Part shown: positions 25,489 to 38,200 of the stretch, one piece after another | Layout of the letters: each line of letters opens with the position of its first letter | How positions within the stretch are numbered: the stretch's first letter is position 1 | Source: the human T2T-CHM13v2.0 reference genome, Homo sapiens | DNA length: 64,000 nt | Assembly: GCF_009914755.1 (NCBI RefSeq) | Contig: NC_060925.1 | Strand: one strand, 5' to 3' | The notes under the pieces: model-generated | The model's input: the letters and a program-made list of their open reading frames with translations, nothing else | Databases searched by the model: none | What the model was told of the DNA's origin: nothing | Program-made: the position numbers and the translations under genes

Positions 25489-27191
25489 TAGAGTTAATAA
25501 GGGAAGCTGTTTGGATGATGGAAAAAATTAAATAAGTTGAGGGAAAAAGCCTAGGGTGGGGCATAGAGAGGAATGCTTCCTAAAGGTTGTTCAGGGCCGG
25601 AGAAGGAGAAGGGTAAGAGGTGGGAAGACCCAGCTTGAGGATTCAGAGAGATGTGGCAATTAACTAATAGAGGCAGAAACTGGTAGGGCATAAAAGATAT
25701 AGAATGACCCTAAATCCCTGAATCTTCTGGATTTGGGTCCTATGTGGGAAACAGGGCTTCTGCTCTTGAAAGAGTGGTCTCATGTGTCTACAAGGTTACA
25801 CGGGGTGGTATGTGCCAGAGGGATGGGGAGGGCAGGTCAGAGAGAGTCCTGGGGGCCTGAGGTCTGAGTTTGGGGCATCTGGTGGGAGGTGGGGGGATAC
25901 AGGGCTTGTTCTGGGCCCTGAAGGATGCCTTTATTGGGGATTTGATTAGGTCCTGGTGGGGACAGTTGTTGAGCTGAGAGGAGGAGGGACATTGAAGTCA
26001 CCAGGGGGAAAGAGGATGAATGGTTAGCTGGGGTCCCAAATGCCAGGCAGAGCAGTTTGGCCTGGGCTCACAGACTCCAAGAGGATCCTGAAGATGCACA
26101 GACACAGGTCTGCCTACTTAGGGGGCCACTTTTCCCTTTACTATGACGCAGGGAAGATGAACACACTCTGGCATGGGGGTGTCTCCCCACTGTGTGCCCC
26201 ACCCTCAGGTGCAAGGGTGCGTGCTTCTGCTGTGTGACTGTGTGGGGGTCTGCAGTACATTGCTGAGTGACTGTATCTGGGCAGTGCTTTTCTGGGCTAT
26301 AAGTGGGTGGTTGGAGAGTCTGTTTTATGCGTCTGTGTAGGTGTGCCTGAGTTGTACATCTTAGTATGTGTGTGTTGGGGGGTGTCCAAGTTGTGTTGTT
26401 TGTATTTGTGTGAGATCTCAGCTGTGTTTTTGTCTCTATCTGGTGTCTGACTTGTGAGTGAGAGGCTGGGTAAGGGACAGGGTTCCCCTTGCTCCTGGCA
26501 CTGGGTCACCATAATGGGTACGAGGCCAATTAGCTATAGTCCTAACCTGGGGGGCTTAGAGAAAGGCCTGAATGATGACGCCTAGACTGTTATCCCCAAG
26601 TGAATGGCCTCTTATTGAGCAATCATTAACTTGGCCCCTGTGACAAGAATCCAAACTGTTATGGTGAAGAGGGTGGGGACTGGTCAGGGCAGGACTTACT
26701 GCGGGTGAAAGGGGGAGGCCGGAAAATCCTATAGGCATGTGTGTTGTTATCACTCCTTCCTGCCCACCCTTCAGGTCACTCACCCTGACCCATGGCAACT
26801 GGGTCAAAATATTTAACAAACAGTGAGGCACAGATATTGACCAGTCAGAATAGACACAAGTCATATTCTGAATGGAGCAGTCAGGGAGGTCATGGCTATG
26901 CCAAGAGTTGCCTCTTTAGTTGCTAGACAGTGGGAATGTCTGGGAGGAGAATCCCAGGAGAGGGGCTGGGGCAGAGGGGCAGGGAAGGAAACTGGGGAGG
27001 CCTCAGGGTGGTGGCTGTGAGCCAAGTGTCATGGAAGGGTTTCAGACTTAAACAACTGATGTAGTCAAATCCTGGTGGTCCAGCTAAACCTTGGTCTGCC
27101 TTGGCCTTCAAGCAGTTGCCAGGCCAGCCCTGGGTACCCTTGTCCCTTCCCTTTGGGAAAATAATGGACCACTCTCTTTTGTCATCTGCAG

Positions 27192-27299
27192 GAATGGGGG
27201 AAGTGAATGATCTCAAACTACAGAAATGGCAGTGAACTTGTCTGTTTCAATTCGGGAGTGGGCTGCTTCCTGATTGGCTGTGATTGGGCTTTCACTGTG
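27192..27299 (+). other. Candidate alternative upstream NUDC exon (93 coding nt from ATG 27207)
   Basis: Pyrimidine-rich acceptor ctctcttttgtcatctgcag|, donor GTG|gtaaga, and 31 open codons ending in phase 0, matching NUDC exon 2. Confidence 0.55.
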
Positions 27300-27565
27300 G
27301 TAAGAGGGCGCCTGAAGTGGGTAGGAGCCAGGGGAGCGGTTAGTGAAGGGTTTGGGAATGGGAGAGCAACCTCCTTCCCCTGAGGATAAAGACAATGAGG
27401 TGATGGGATTGTGAACTGATACTGTTCCCTGGAAAATTAGCTCCAGCAACCCTGTGGATTTTTTCCCTTGGGCTACCTCTGATAGCAGCAGGGTGGGCCC
27501 TGGAGGTGAGACAGTCCCTTCCATATGCACAAATGACAGTATCAGGCTCCAAGTGTTTCATACCT

Positions 27566-27571
27566 TTTATT
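27566..27571 (-). terminator. NR0B2 polyadenylation signal AATAAA
   Basis: tttatt on + strand, about 340 nt after the stop. Confidence 0.8.
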
Positions 27572-27908
27572 ACAAAAATCAATAACTTAATTCAGTTCTG
27601 TATAAAGTCGATAGGACTTCTGGTCCAATAAGCAGCCTAAGCTTTCATTCTCATCCCAAGAAGGGACAGGAGTCTTGGCCCAGAGGCTGTGGGGACCACC
27701 AAAAGCCTCCCAGGCAGCTGGAGCACTGTGTCCAAACCAAGGAAGTCCAATGTGGGGTGTGGCTGAGTGAAGAGCTGTTCCTAAGGAGCCAAGTGCTGTC
27801 TATACAGGCTTGCCCCCTCCAGGAGCATTGGGTCACCTCTGGGGATGGCCAGGCTGAATCAGCACTGCCAGCCTCTGCCCACCTGATCTCTGCCTGGGCT
27901 GGAACAGG

Positions 27909-28150
27909 TCACCTGAGCAAAAGCATGTCCCCAAGAAGGCCAGCGATGTCAACATCTCCAATGATAGGGCGAAAGAAGAGGTCCCCAAGCAGGCTGGTCG
28001 GAATGGACTTGAGGGTGGAGGCCGTGAGGAGGACACGGGTCAGGCGGCCTTGGGCTGCTGGGCACCAGGGTTCCAGGACTTCACACAGCACCCAGTGAGC
28101 CTCCTGCTGCAGGTGCCCAATGTGGGAGGCGGCTTGGAGGCCTGGCACAT
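27909..28150 (-). CDS. NR0B2: Small heterodimer partner, exon 2
   Basis: cacag|[20 protein letters not shown]...[26 protein letters not shown]. Confidence 0.98.
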
Positions 28151-28349
28151 CTGTGGGCAGAGAGGGAGAAGAGGGCTGGTGAGCACCCTACTCCCAGCCA
28201 CCAAAGGACAAGACTGGCCCAAGATCTGGGCCATCAGAGACACCCCTCTGCCTCCTTTGCTCGGCCTTTGAGGTCCCACTACTACCTCCTCCTTTAGAGG
28301 AGGTAATTTATTTATCAATTTTCAATGTATTCATCCATCCATTTATGAA

Positions 28350-28600
28350 GAGGCAGTGTGGAGTAATGGTTAAGAATTAGGCTTCCTGGGTATGAATCCC
28401 AGCACTGTCACTTATTAGCTGGGTGACCTTGGGCAAGTCACTTAATCTCTGGGCTTCAGTTTCTTTATCTGTAAAACGGGAATAATAATATTAATAGGAC
28501 CTGTCTCCTAGGCTTTTATGAGATTTAAATGAACTAGTATATGTAAAACCCTTAGAATAGGGCCTAACATATGGTAAGTGTGATATGAGTATTTGCTACT
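28350..28600. mobile_element. MIR in the NR0B2 intron
   Basis: tgaccttgggcaagtcacttaatctct...ctgtaaaacggg MIR core. Confidence 0.85.
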
Positions 28601-29064
28601 ATTATTACAATTAATTACTACGATTTATGCGTGCCACAAGGGACTCCTGGGGAACTCTCATCTCAGATGCTCTCCAGATTACAAACAGCACTGTCTCCAT
28701 CTGCCGCTCTCCTGGCCGAATTCCATAAAGACTCCTTTCCTGTCCTCCCTACGCCCCTTTCAGTCATCTCTTCTATGTGATCTTTCTGAACCCACAGAGG
28801 AGTTTTAGCTCTAGAGCTTCACCATGCAGCCTTCCTTTGAGGATGTGACTGAGACACAGCTGTGTCTGCCCACCCCACCTCCCCACAGCCTTCTGTAAAG
28901 GTCAGAGCAAATTTCTCAGGCAGAGTGGCAAGGGCCAGTCTCTGGAGTGAATAGACCTGAGTTGCCATCCTGGTCTGTCCCTACCTGGCTGTGTTACCTT
29001 TAGCTAGTCACTTAGCTTCTCTGTGCCTCTTCTGTGAGATGGCTATTTGATGAAAATGAGGACT

Positions 29065-29368
29065 GGCCAAGCACGGTGGCTCACGCCTGTAATCCCAGCA
29101 CTTTGGGAGGCCAAGGTGGGTGGATCACCTGAGGGGTTAGGAGTTCAAGACCAGCTTGATCAACATGGTGAAAGCCCATCTCTACTAAAAAGTACAAAAA
29201 TTAGCCGGGAGTGGTGGCGGCCATCTGTAATCCCAGCTACTCGGGAGGCTGAGGCAGAGAAAATTGCTTGAACCCAGGAGGCAGAGGTTGCAGTGAGCCA
29301 AGATCGCACCACTGCACTCCAGACTGGGTGACAGAGTGAGACTCTGTCTCAGAAAAATAAAAAGAAAA
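29065..29368 (+). mobile_element. AluS in the NR0B2 intron
   Basis: Full dimer; gaaaatgaggac target-site duplication. Confidence 0.9.
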
Positions 29369-29472
29369 TGAGGACCCAATGAGATAACAGATATCAAACC
29401 CTTAGAAGCTACCTTCCCTGGCTGGCCCCTGCTTCAGCCTTGCCCCCCACCCAGGAGTGTCTGGGAGCTCAC

Positions 29473-30004
29473 CGGGGTTGAAGAGGATGGTCCCTTTCAG
29501 GCAGGCATATTCCTTGGGGCTAAGCTCCAGGCTCCAGAAGGACTCCAGACAGCATTGAAGCCACTGCACCGCAGCCAGGGAGGGCTGGGGTCTGTCTGGC
29601 AGTTGGCCACTGCCTCCACTGCTGCTGGGCTCCTCCAGCAGAATCTTCTTGAGTATGCTGGGCACCGGGGCCTCAGCCACCTCAAAGGTCACAGCATCTT
29701 GGGCCAACCCAAGCAGGAAGAGGGGGCCCCAGCAACCCTGCAGCAGCCGCCGCTGGTCCTGGGGAGGCAGCTGCCAGAAGGATGGCAGGTTCCTGAGGAA
29801 GGCCACTGTCTTGGCCAGAACATCCAAGGCCTCCCGGCAGGTGCGATGAGGTGCACATAGCTGGACGGGCCGGTGCTGCCTACATAGGCAGCGGCTACGG
29901 GGTCGGGGGACAGCCTTGAGGCTGGAGCTCAGAAGTGCGTAGAGAATGGCGGGGCGGCTTGCAGCTCCCTGGCATGGGCAGGCCCCTGGTTGGCTGGTGC
30001 TCAT
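29473..30004 (-). CDS. NR0B2: Small heterodimer partner, exon 1
   Basis: [25 protein letters not shown]...[14 protein letters not shown]|gtgag. Confidence 0.98.
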
Positions 30005-30062
30005 GGTTAGGGATCTGCTCTCACTTCCAGCTCTCTGGCTCTGTGTTCTGCGCTGTGGGTGC

Positions 30063-30070
30063 TATTTATA
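30063..30070 (-). promoter_or_regulatory. NR0B2 TATA box
   Basis: TATAAATA on - strand, about 60 nt upstream of the ATG, in a CpG-poor promoter. Confidence 0.85.
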
Positions 30071-30104
30071 TTCCCAGTGAGTGGAACGGGGGGAATGGCC
30101 CAAC

Positions 30105-30348
30105 AACCTTGACTCCAGAAGTCATGTTCATTGAAAAAAACACACAGACATTGCCCCTGGCAGGAATGGTGGGGAAGTGGTGGGGGAGGGGGCATTGGGA
30201 ACCCCACGTGGCACTGATATCACCTCAGTCAATGAAGTGGCCGGTGCAGGGCACAGGGCCACCTGCCGCTCACTCAGCTGCCCCTTATCAGATGACTCAA
30301 GTGGATAAACAAGGTCATTAACTCAGGCTGTACCAGGGCACCAAGGCC
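30105..30348. promoter_or_regulatory. NR0B2 proximal promoter: NR5A (LRH-1/SF-1) sites, E-box, AP-1, DR-4
   Basis: TCAAGGTT (30105-30112, -), CACGTG (30205-30210), TGACTCA (30293-30299), TGGATA-aaca-AGGTCA (30302-30317), CCAAGGCC (30341-30348). Confidence 0.75.
30312..30324. promoter_or_regulatory. FXR/RXR IR-1 response element of the NR0B2 promoter
   Basis: AGGTCA-T-TAACTC (GAGTTAaTGACCT on -), matching the known SHP bile-acid response element. Confidence 0.9.
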
Positions 30349-30504
30349 CCAGGTGCACAATCAGCAGGTGTCCCCATTGGTGCCCGCTCTTGTGTGCACA
30401 AAAGACTAGGGCTTTTGCTAAGCCAGGAAGCCAGCCCCAGAGCTGGGTGGGCCTTGAATGCAAGGCCCAACCTGGAAGTGCCTTATCACTAGCTTGTTTG
30501 CCTA

Positions 30505-31143
<639 letters not shown>

Positions 31144-32871
31144 TGGTTGCCATTCTCTAAGCACTTATTATGTGTCAGGCACTTCCCACTCTAATATTGG
31201 CAGCCTCTTCCTAAGGCTAGATTCTTACTTTATGAGACTAAAAAAGCTAAAGTGACTTGCCCAAGGTCATCCCACCAGGAAGACAAAGCCCAGATCTTGC
31301 CTGACTCCAAAGTCCTTGTTTGTTTCCCTGGACCCACTGGCCCAATTGCACAGCCAGAGCCTGAGATTCTCAGAGCTTGTGGCTAGCTGCCCCCACCTTG
31401 CTGCTGCCTGCTTTGCAGACGTTGCCCACTTGTGATCTGGGCAGAAGTGTTGCTCTGCTGCCACGTGGCTCCTCTGTCCCGGGCATCTTTCTCAGATGGT
31501 GGAGCACAGGGGATGAGAGAAGGTGGAGAGGCCCTTGGTTGTGTCATGTTCCTGGACCTTGGCCAGTCCAGTGTGGCAAGCCTTCTGCTGCATGCTGTTG
31601 GGCAGCCTGGTGCCCTGGATGGGGAGAGAGAGGCTCTGGCATCACTAGCCCTGGCATCTGCTCCAGAATCCATCACTTTTTGGTTATGTGACTTGGGTTG
31701 ATCCTTGAACCTCGATAAGCCTCCCTGGGACAATAATGCCTGGCTGTAGGGCTGCCATGGGGACAAAATGAGGTCCTGGTTGTTAAATTCCAAGTGGTTT
31801 CTGGCATACGGTAGGAGGATTTTTCTGCCCCTTTCCTCTGTGGAGCTGAGCACCAGTGGACAAACAGGCACACCTCTTTCATTTGATTATTAGTCTTAAT
31901 CCTTAAATTTATAAAGTTCCTTTCATGTTTTTAAATCTCACTGAATTCTCACAGTGTCCCCTTGAAGCAGACTCTGGAGTCAGACTGGCTGGGTTCAAAT
32001 CCTGCTTCACTTAGCTGAGTGACCTTGGGCAAATCACTTTCTCTTTCTGTGCCTCAGTTTCCTCATTTTTAAAACAGTGACAAGAATTTCTGGAGGTGGA
32101 TATTGGTTTTATGGGGCCTGAAGGTTACGATTTGGAGGACCCTCTTTAAGAATAGAATACACACTCGGTTACGGTGGCTCACGCCTGTAATCACAGCACT
32201 TTGGGAAGTTGAGGTGGGAGGATCACTTGAGGCTTCAGGAGTTCAAGATCAGCCTGGTCAACACAGTGAGACCTCATCTCTACCAAAAAAAAAAAATTAG
32301 CCAGTGTGGTGGGGCATATCTGTAGTCCCAACTACTTGAGAGGCTGAGGCAAGAGGATGGTTTGAGCCCAGGACTTCAAGGCTACAGTGAGTTATGACTG
32401 TGTTACTGCCCTCCTGCCTTGCTCTAGACAGAGCAAGACTCTGTCTAAAAAAAAACGAAAAAACCCCACACACAAAACCTCCCCTTAGACCCTGAATATT
32501 TATATTTATTTGATCAATGTGGTCAATGGGAACCCTTTCAAGCTGGTGTCTGTGTCATTTTGGCCTGCTTCCATAATTCCTGGAACACTTGCTTTCTGGT
32601 ATAGCAAGATATCAACTTTTCCAGCCCCTGGAATCAACCAATACTCCAAAGAGCTCTGATTTAATCTTTTAGTGGAAAATAATATTTAGAAAGCATGAAG
32701 TAGGCACTAGAATCATACTAAAAAACCAAGAACTGGCCGGGCACGGTGGCTCACACCTGTAATCTGGACTTTGGGGGCTGCAGTGGGTGAGCTGCTTGAG
32801 CCCAGGAGCTCAAGACCAGCTTGGAAACATGGTGAAACCCCATCTCTACAAAAAAATACAAAAATTAGCTA

Positions 32872-33009
<138 letters not shown>

Positions 33010-33173
33010 CTAAAAATAGATAAATAAATAAAAATCAGGCGTGGTGGCTCACGCCTGTAATCCCCAGCACTTTGGGAGACCAAGACAGGCAGATCACCTG
33101 AGGTCAGGAGTTCGAGACCAGCCTGGCCAACATGGTGAAATCTTGTTTCTTCTAAAAATACAAAAATGAGTCA

Positions 33174-33353
<180 letters not shown>

Positions 33354-33400
33354 TCACACCTGTAATCCCAGCACTTTGGGAGGCCGAGGCGGATGGATCA

Positions 33401-33679
<279 letters not shown>

Positions 33680-33682
33680 TCA

Positions 33683-33942
<260 letters not shown>

Positions 33943-34031
33943 TCAAAAAAAAAAAAAAGAAGAAGAAACCAGAACTGTTCATTGTTATGAGGGTCACTAC
34001 TCCCAGTCCTTCCTAGAGCTAATGAATGTGT

Positions 34032-34058
34032 ACACACACACACACACACACACACACA
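34032..34058. repeat. (CA)n microsatellite
   Basis: Seen directly. Confidence 0.9.
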
Positions 34059-34651
34059 TTTACAATTATATTTATTTCTATAATTATACATACTAAACAA
34101 CATGAATTCAGACTATCATCTCCAATTCCAAGCTCATATCATGGGGTTCATTCTAGTTTTTGCCCCTTGTGTATTTATACTTCCTGTCTTTCACACCGAG
34201 GAATCTGGTGTCCATTATTCTTGATTTATCTTTTTTTTTTTTTTTTGAGACAGGGTCATGCTGTATCCCCCAGCTGCTGGAGCGCAGTGGAGTGATCTTG
34301 ACTCACTGCAACCTCTGCCTCAGGGTTCAAGTGATTCTTTTTTTTTTTTTTTTTTTTGAGACGGAGTCTCACTGTCACCCAGGCCCAGAGGCCCAATCTC
34401 GGCTCACTGCAACCTCCGCCTCCCAGGTTCAAACAATTCTCCTGCCTCAGCCTCCTGAGTAGCTGGGACTACAGGCGCCTGCCACCAAGCCCAGCTGATT
34501 TTTCGTATTTTTTAGTAGAGATGGGGTTTTACCATTTTGGCCAGGCTGGTCTCGAACTCCTGACCTCATGATCTGCCCGCCTTGGCCTCCCAAAGTGCTG
34601 AGATTACAGGCATGAGCCACCGCACCCAGCTTTTTTTTTTTTTTTTTTTGA

Positions 34652-34837
<186 letters not shown>

Positions 34838-35308
34838 TAGGCAGGCTGGTCTCGAACTCCCGACCTCAGGTGATCCACCTGCCTCAGCCTCCCAAAGTGA
34901 TAAGATTACAGGCGTGAGCCACTGCACCCAGCCTAAGTGATTCTTCTACCTCAGCCTCCCGTGTAGCTGGGATTACAGGCGCACACCACCACACCCAACT
35001 AATCTTTGTATTTTTAGTAGAGATGGTGTTTCACCATGTTGGCCGGGCTGCTCTTGAACTCTGGGCCTCAAGTGATCCACTTGCCTCGGCCTCCTAAAGT
35101 GCTGGGATTACAGGCATGAAATACCACATCCAGCTACTTTTTTTTTTTTTCCTTTGTTTGAGACAGGGTCTGGCTTTGTCACCCACGCTGAAGTGCAGTG
35201 GCGTGATCACAGCTCACTGCAGCCTTGACCTCCCAGGCTCAAGTGATTCTCCCATCTCAGCCTTCTGAGTAGCTGGGATTACAGGCTCCCACTGCCATGC
35301 CCCGCTAA

Positions 35309-35420
35309 TTTTTTTTTTTATACTTTGAGTTCTAGGGTACATGTGCACAACGTGCAGGTTTGTTACATATGTATACATGTGCCATGTTGGTGTGCTGCAC
35401 CCATCAACTCGTTATTTAAC
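35309..35420 (-). mobile_element. 5'-truncated L1PA 3' end inserted in an Alu
   Basis: tatactttgagttctagggtacatgtgcacaacgtgcaggtttg is the L1PA terminus; ccgctaattttt target-site duplication. Confidence 0.9.
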
Positions 35421-36435
35421 TCCGCTAATTTTTAAATTGTTTTGTAGAGACAGGGTTTTGCTGTGTTGCTATGTTTTGCAAGTGTTGGGATTACAGGCAT
35501 GAGCCTCCGCAGTCGGCCTGGATCTGCTTCTTGTTCCACACATAAACTTGTTTCTTTCACTGCTCACATACTTCCAGTTGTCCTGGGAATCATTTATATT
35601 GGGATAAGACTTCTGATCCTGTACAGCAAGGGTCATGAGGTACAGCAAATGGTAGGAATATTCCTGGAAGCCCTTTCCACACACCAGGACAGCTCACAAT
35701 GACTTAACTATACACAAAAGTGACTGCCAGCCACCCAGCTATATCCCACCAAATCAATCCAAACTGAGTGTATTTCCAACTCAACTTCACCTTAGCTGGA
35801 TCACCAAATCCTCATGGCATCTCTGATATCACCTGATTCAAGGGAAAGTGAGATAGAGTGGGAAGAAATAGTAGTCTTAACCAATTGCAATTTTAGAATT
35901 TTGCTTTTGCATGTTAAAAGAAAAAAAAATATGTATTTGACGCTATGAAGACATTGCTGGGGTTGCTCCCAGTGCCTAGGATGGGCCCGTGCAAGTGCAA
36001 GGCCCTGCCCTCAAGAGCCCTCAGTCTGAGGGAGAAGACACAGATCAACTCCAGGAATCTCTAATCTAAAGGGAGAAGTCTCTAGTCTGAAGTGGGGAAC
36101 ACGCAATTCCAACCAAAAGAGAAACCTAAAGGAAAAAAGGAAAGAAGAAGGCGTCAACTGTGTCAAATGCACCTGAGAAGTTGAGTAAGATAATAGTGGT
36201 TCATTGGCTTTGGCAATATGTAGCACTGTAACCATATCAGAGCCTTTAAAAAATAGACTAGAACAGGCCGGGCGCAGTGGCTCATGCCTGTAATCCTAGC
36301 GCGTTGCGAGGCCGAGGCAGGTGGATCACTTGAGGTCAGGAGTTTGAAACGAGCCTGGCCAACATGGTGAAAACCCCTCTACTAAAAATACAAAAAAAAA
36401 TTAGTTAGGCGTAGTGGTGCCTGTAATCCCAGCTA

Positions 36436-36882
<447 letters not shown>

Positions 36883-37209
36883 CTACTCTGGAGGCTGAAG
36901 TGGGGAAGATGGCTTGAGTCCAGGAGTTCAAGGCTGCCGTAAGCCAAGATGGTGCCACTGCACTCCAGCTTGGGTGACAATGCAAGAACCCCATCTCTAA
37001 AAACAAACAAAAAGATATTAAAGCGTGTTTGTAAATTGAAGGGAAGAAGAAAGATATTTGTGATGCATAAGCTAAAAAAAGGGATAATTAACAGGGATAG
37101 AGTTCCTGAAAAGACTAAGATGATGAGATTCATTGCACAAGTGGAGGGATTAGCTTGGATGGCTGGGTCCTGTCCCCGCATTAACAGAAGTGAAGGTCAA
37201 TTTCAGCAC

Positions 37210-37376
37210 CTGTCATAATTTCCTGGGCCCAGTGCAAAATGAAAATGTGGGTCTCCTTATTCCAAAATTATTAAGAATTTCAAGACTATAACAGAAGGCC
37301 ATGAAATCAAGCGTGGAGCCTTTCTAAGCCTGGGTGCTGTGCGACTGCAATTTGTACTCCCATGAAGCTGGCCCTA
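37210..37376. mobile_element. MER45A-like hAT DNA transposon
   Basis: gggcccagtgcaaaatgaaaatgtggg...aagctggccct. Confidence 0.65.
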
Positions 37377-37599
37377 GTCAAGTACGCAGTGAGGTCGATG
37401 AGGAGGAGGCTGTCCTGTGGTAAGTCCCTTCTAGGATTGGAAGAGATGAGTAAGGCTACTTTCAGCTTCACTGCTCTACAAGCTGGGGGGGTCGCTAGCA
37501 AGGGAGAGGGGCAAAACTTGTCCCTTTTTAACTTCCAACCCTGCCAGATTTGAGTCCAGGGCTTTCTAGAAGTCTCCACGGCATCGGGTGACCATAGCA

Positions 37600-38200
37600 A
37601 CTCATGCCAAACTCTCGGGCCCACGGCTCCGCCTACCGCTTCGTGGACGCGCTTGTTGATTGGCTCCGAATGTCGACCAATGGTCGGCGAAGCGGGTTGC
37701 TTGCCGCACGGTCAATGGCCGCAAACCGGGAGGAAGGCGGGAAGAGAGGAGGTGGAGGCGGGCCTGGGCAGCCGCGCGCGTGCGTGTTTCCGGCTCCGCT
37801 GCGGAAGGCGGACGACTAGAGTCGTTGGGCCCGGCGCGACCCGCAGGAGCGTAGAGAGCGCGGGACTAGAGTGCAGAGCTCCGGGACGTGGATCGGAGCC
37901 GGCGCGATGGGCGGAGAGCAGGAGGAGGAGCGGTTCGACGGCATGTTGCTGGCCATGGCTCAGCAGCACGAGGGCGGCGTGCAGGAGGTAACGGCCCGCG
38001 CGGCGTCGGCCCACCCGGCGGCCTTGGCCACGCTCCTTCCGCCCTTCTCTGCCTTCGAGGGCTGAGACCCACCCCAGCGGCTCGCGGGCTTCTGGGATGC
38101 CCCTACATTCTCACTGCGCCCAGCTTCCGGCCTGGCCACCCGCCAGCAGGTCTCACCCGGTTCGCATCAGTCCCGGGCCCCCGGCGCCCCTCAGTAGTAG
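37600..38200. promoter_or_regulatory. NUDC CpG island promoter
   Basis: CpG-dense; CCAAT boxes (ATTGG near 37659, CCAAT 37677-37681), GCGCGCGTGCG (NRF1-like) and TTTCCGG (ETS). Confidence 0.85.
37907..37987 (+). CDS. NUDC: Nuclear distribution C, exon 1
   Basis: MGGEQEEERFDGMLLAMAQQHEGGVQE, GAG|gtaacg. Confidence 0.97.

Larger units (their letters stand above)
27909..30004 (-). other. NR0B2: NR0B2 (SHP) gene model span, 2 coding exons, 257 aa
   Basis: 532+242 = 774 nt. Nuclear receptor ligand-binding domain with no DNA-binding domain, and LxxLL-like boxes LYALL and LKKIL. Confidence 0.98.

Noticed and set aside
29402-29472. ORF-track extension of NR0B2 exon 1 ([10 protein letters not shown]...)
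   Set aside because: Read-through past the GT donor at 29472 into the intron. The same applies to extensions of GPN2, GPATCH3 and NUDC exons.
31383-31871. 162-aa - strand ORF upstream of NR0B2
   Set aside because: No ATG start, low-information composition and no recognisable homology; more likely regulatory DNA.
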